Part shown: one piece after another, positions 61,558 through 64,000 of the stretch
How the letters are laid out: the number at the start of each line of letters is the position of its first letter
How positions within the stretch are numbered: the stretch's first letter is position 1
Assembly (NCBI GenBank): GCA_047495785.1
Contig: JBLDXI010000009.1
Span: 992,001-1,056,000, forward strand
Direction of reading: 5' to 3'
Source: Lepidodermella squamata
Taxonomy: Eukaryota > Animalia > Gastrotricha
DNA: 64,000 nt
Translations under genes and position numbers: made by a program
Notes under the pieces: model-generated
What the model was told of the DNA's origin: nothing
Databases searched by the model: none
What the model saw: only the letters and a program-made list of their open reading frames with translations

Positions 61558-64000
61558 ATGCTATGTTTTACTGATTATGAGCAGAATCTCAACAAGCTTG
61601 CTCAAGTACCAATCCTGCTGAAATTTTCGAGCTCTAAGGTTTGTTAATAACTTTTACCTATTCATCGGTCACATCCAACTTTTTCCTCAGGCTAGCAGTG
61701 ATACCGTCGAGATACGCAATGCCATTGAGTCAAATTTGACTGACAACAACTTGGTTTGCTATGTGCGAGATTTCAGCTCGATGTTGCCGTTTCAATGCGA
61801 CTTACATGTTAGCAAGATTCCAATGGGATTCATTCTTTACTCAAAGTGTCAATCTCTCGACGATCTTAAATTCGCTGTCGATGAGTTTGACAAAATGAAA
61901 AGCTGCTTTGGAGAAATCGAATGCCTTGGGCGCCATGTTGTAAACCTTTCTCATGCAAATGGTAAGCTGCCTCTTTATTGCCAGTTCGCAGAGCAGAGAT
62001 TTATTGGAAGCGCGTTCAATCCCATTTCACTATGTTTCTACAATTTATTATTAATTAATTTTTAGTTCAATTTGTTGACTTGAAGACTTGAATTGTTTAC
62101 GGAAAGATCTACAGAAAAATTCAAGGGCCCCATATTTAAAAGCTCTTTTAGCCGGATTGATATTTTAGAATTGCAGACATTGACTTAGGTTGAAGGCCGT
62201 AGGCCGTCATGCAAATCTGTTGAATTAGATAGAACTCACGAATTACGGCAATACAGATGCTGATGTTTAACTGCTTTGCATGAATTTTTTGGGTAATTTT
62301 TCAGATGAATCGGAATCTTACCTCAGCATGACGTTCACCGAGGAAACGATAATTATTACCAAAGATTTCGATGAAAAGTTGAAGTTGGCGTTGTCATCTT
62401 TTCAAACTAACATCTCATCGTGGATCTCGGAGTTATTGGAGAAAAGGAAAATGGTTTCATTGGAGGATACGGCAACAATGGAGCGTATGCTTCGACTCGG
62501 GATGAATGACGATAAGGTGGAACAAAAGCAAGTTTTAAAGTTGATAGTGGTTGAAATTACTGCTTGGGGGAAAATCAGCTATGTTTTTCGGAGACATTGC
62601 GATATGAATAATGTGGGGACATTTATTTCAGGAAGCAGAGAAAAATGCTGGCTGGGAAATGGCTGAAAGTTCTCGGTGATTTATCACTGTTTGTTGGCAA
62701 TTTAGCAGATGCTGAGCAGTACCTGCAGAGAGCAACTGAGCAGTTAAAAGGAACGTTGGATCCATGGCTTGCAGGTTTGCGGTTTTGTGGAAGAGTGCTT
62801 GAAATCACCTTCAACCTTTAATCCTTTACAGGCGCCAAAGAATCTCTAGTAGCTGCTTCTTTAATGTCTGCTCTAAAATCTAAAACTCTACCGGATGCTT
62901 GGCGTAATGATTGAATTGTAACAATTAATCACCGCTTGGTTTGCTTATTTTAGCCCCTAGTGGAGCGATCAGTAGCAAAATGTGGACCAATTGGACAAAC
63001 ACGTACGAAGAAGCGGTCAACATTTATCTGAACAACAGTTCTTGCAGCAGTCTCTATCTGGAGTCTTTACTTCGCATGGTTCATTTGCAATTGCTTGCCA
63101 ACAATAAGTGCAGCGCCGCTAAAGCTTTAGCAATATTTTGCAGCCACGAAATAACGGTCTCGCCTGGATCTTACATTCGGAACTTCCTTGAATATGATAA
63201 ATCTTCACGCTATTTGAAAGCCGCGAGAACGTTCGAAAGTTTTGGGTGGTATCGGAAAGCTGCCTTTTACTACAGAATGGCGGCAGTTCTACGCATCACA
63301 AATGTATCCGACTTATCCGAATGGGCCAATTGTCATCATTTGCTCATGAAAGCTGTGCGCGGATATGGGTTGGCCAGCTTCTCTAGCGGAGCCTCGCAAG
63401 CATCGACGAATGGATTCGTCCAGCTCCAAGCTCGCCTTCTCATGGACTTGTACTCGGCCGCGCTTGCCTTCAGAAACTATCCTCTAACGCTTCGCCATAT
63501 ATGCCACGTTCTGGATATTGGAGGACACACTCTTTACCCTTACCAGCTATCTCAAATTTTGAGCGATATGCGGAAACTCTCAAGTTATGGTGCTACTTTG
63601 GATTCGCCTTTGATAATTGATAAAGAGCTGGTTTTACTCCCGGTTGGTCCAGCGCCATTTCCTAAAATCACGTCAGTTTCATTTCACACCGAGACCCATG
63701 CGCGGTCTTCGTCAATTATTCGGCCTTCATCGGCAGAAACTGGAACTGCGATAAGAAGTTCTTTCATTTACTCACCATTCAGTCATCCAGATAAATCAGC
63801 GGCTGCTCAACCCATGTGGACGTGTTTGGACGAGGAAATAAAACTAGTCGTAGAATTCGAAAACACGTTCGTATTGCCCATCAAAGTCGATTCAGTGACA
63901 TTGATTGCATCTACTTCGTCTGATGGCATTGAATGCGTCCCAGTGACAGATCAAACGTTGTTCCCCGCTGATCCGCTTAGTTTGGAGCTTAGGTGTATTC
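61558..64000 (+). CDS. TRAPPC9: TRAPP II subunit TRAPPC9/Trs120/NIBP, 5' part; runs off the window end
   Basis: Spliced peptides FTDYEQ, DLHVSKIPMGFI...C, GKWLKVLGDLSLFVG......YL..A.EQL...LDPWLA|GAKESL.AAS, FGWYRKAAFYYRMAA, WANCHHLL......YGL and FIYSPF are colinear with recalled TRAPPC9. The protein is divergent and the start is inferred. Confidence 0.8.

Overview
This is eukaryotic DNA from a compact invertebrate-animal genome; the species cannot be identified from sequence alone. It holds about 23 protein-coding genes, most split by short ~50-65 nt introns. In order they are: Vav-like 5' end, PPM1D, VPS36, MED31, a GPI-anchored Ly6/uPAR protein, a small acylated EF-hand protein, a GT10 fucosyltransferase, GPR107/108, FAM166/CIMIP2, TMED2, NAA25, PDCD2L, VPS13B, VPS53, RPL32, BUD23, PRPF4, GPATCH3, CYB5D2, IFT20, ENOSF1, a paraoxonase, and the 5' part of TRAPPC9. 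Mobile DNA comprises two MITEs in one intron, a GC-rich foldback element with a perfect 184-bp palindrome, and four non-LTR retrotransposon fragments. The main higher-order signal is that 15 housekeeping genes form five same-strand clusters with stop-to-ATG gaps of only 33-339 nt, and each downstream gene is preceded by an intron-like 3' splice acceptor. This is the expected signature of animal operons resolved by spliced-leader trans-splicing, but it is an inference that needs RNA data. Gene names come from recalled family motifs, and exon boundaries were read by eye; no database search was run.
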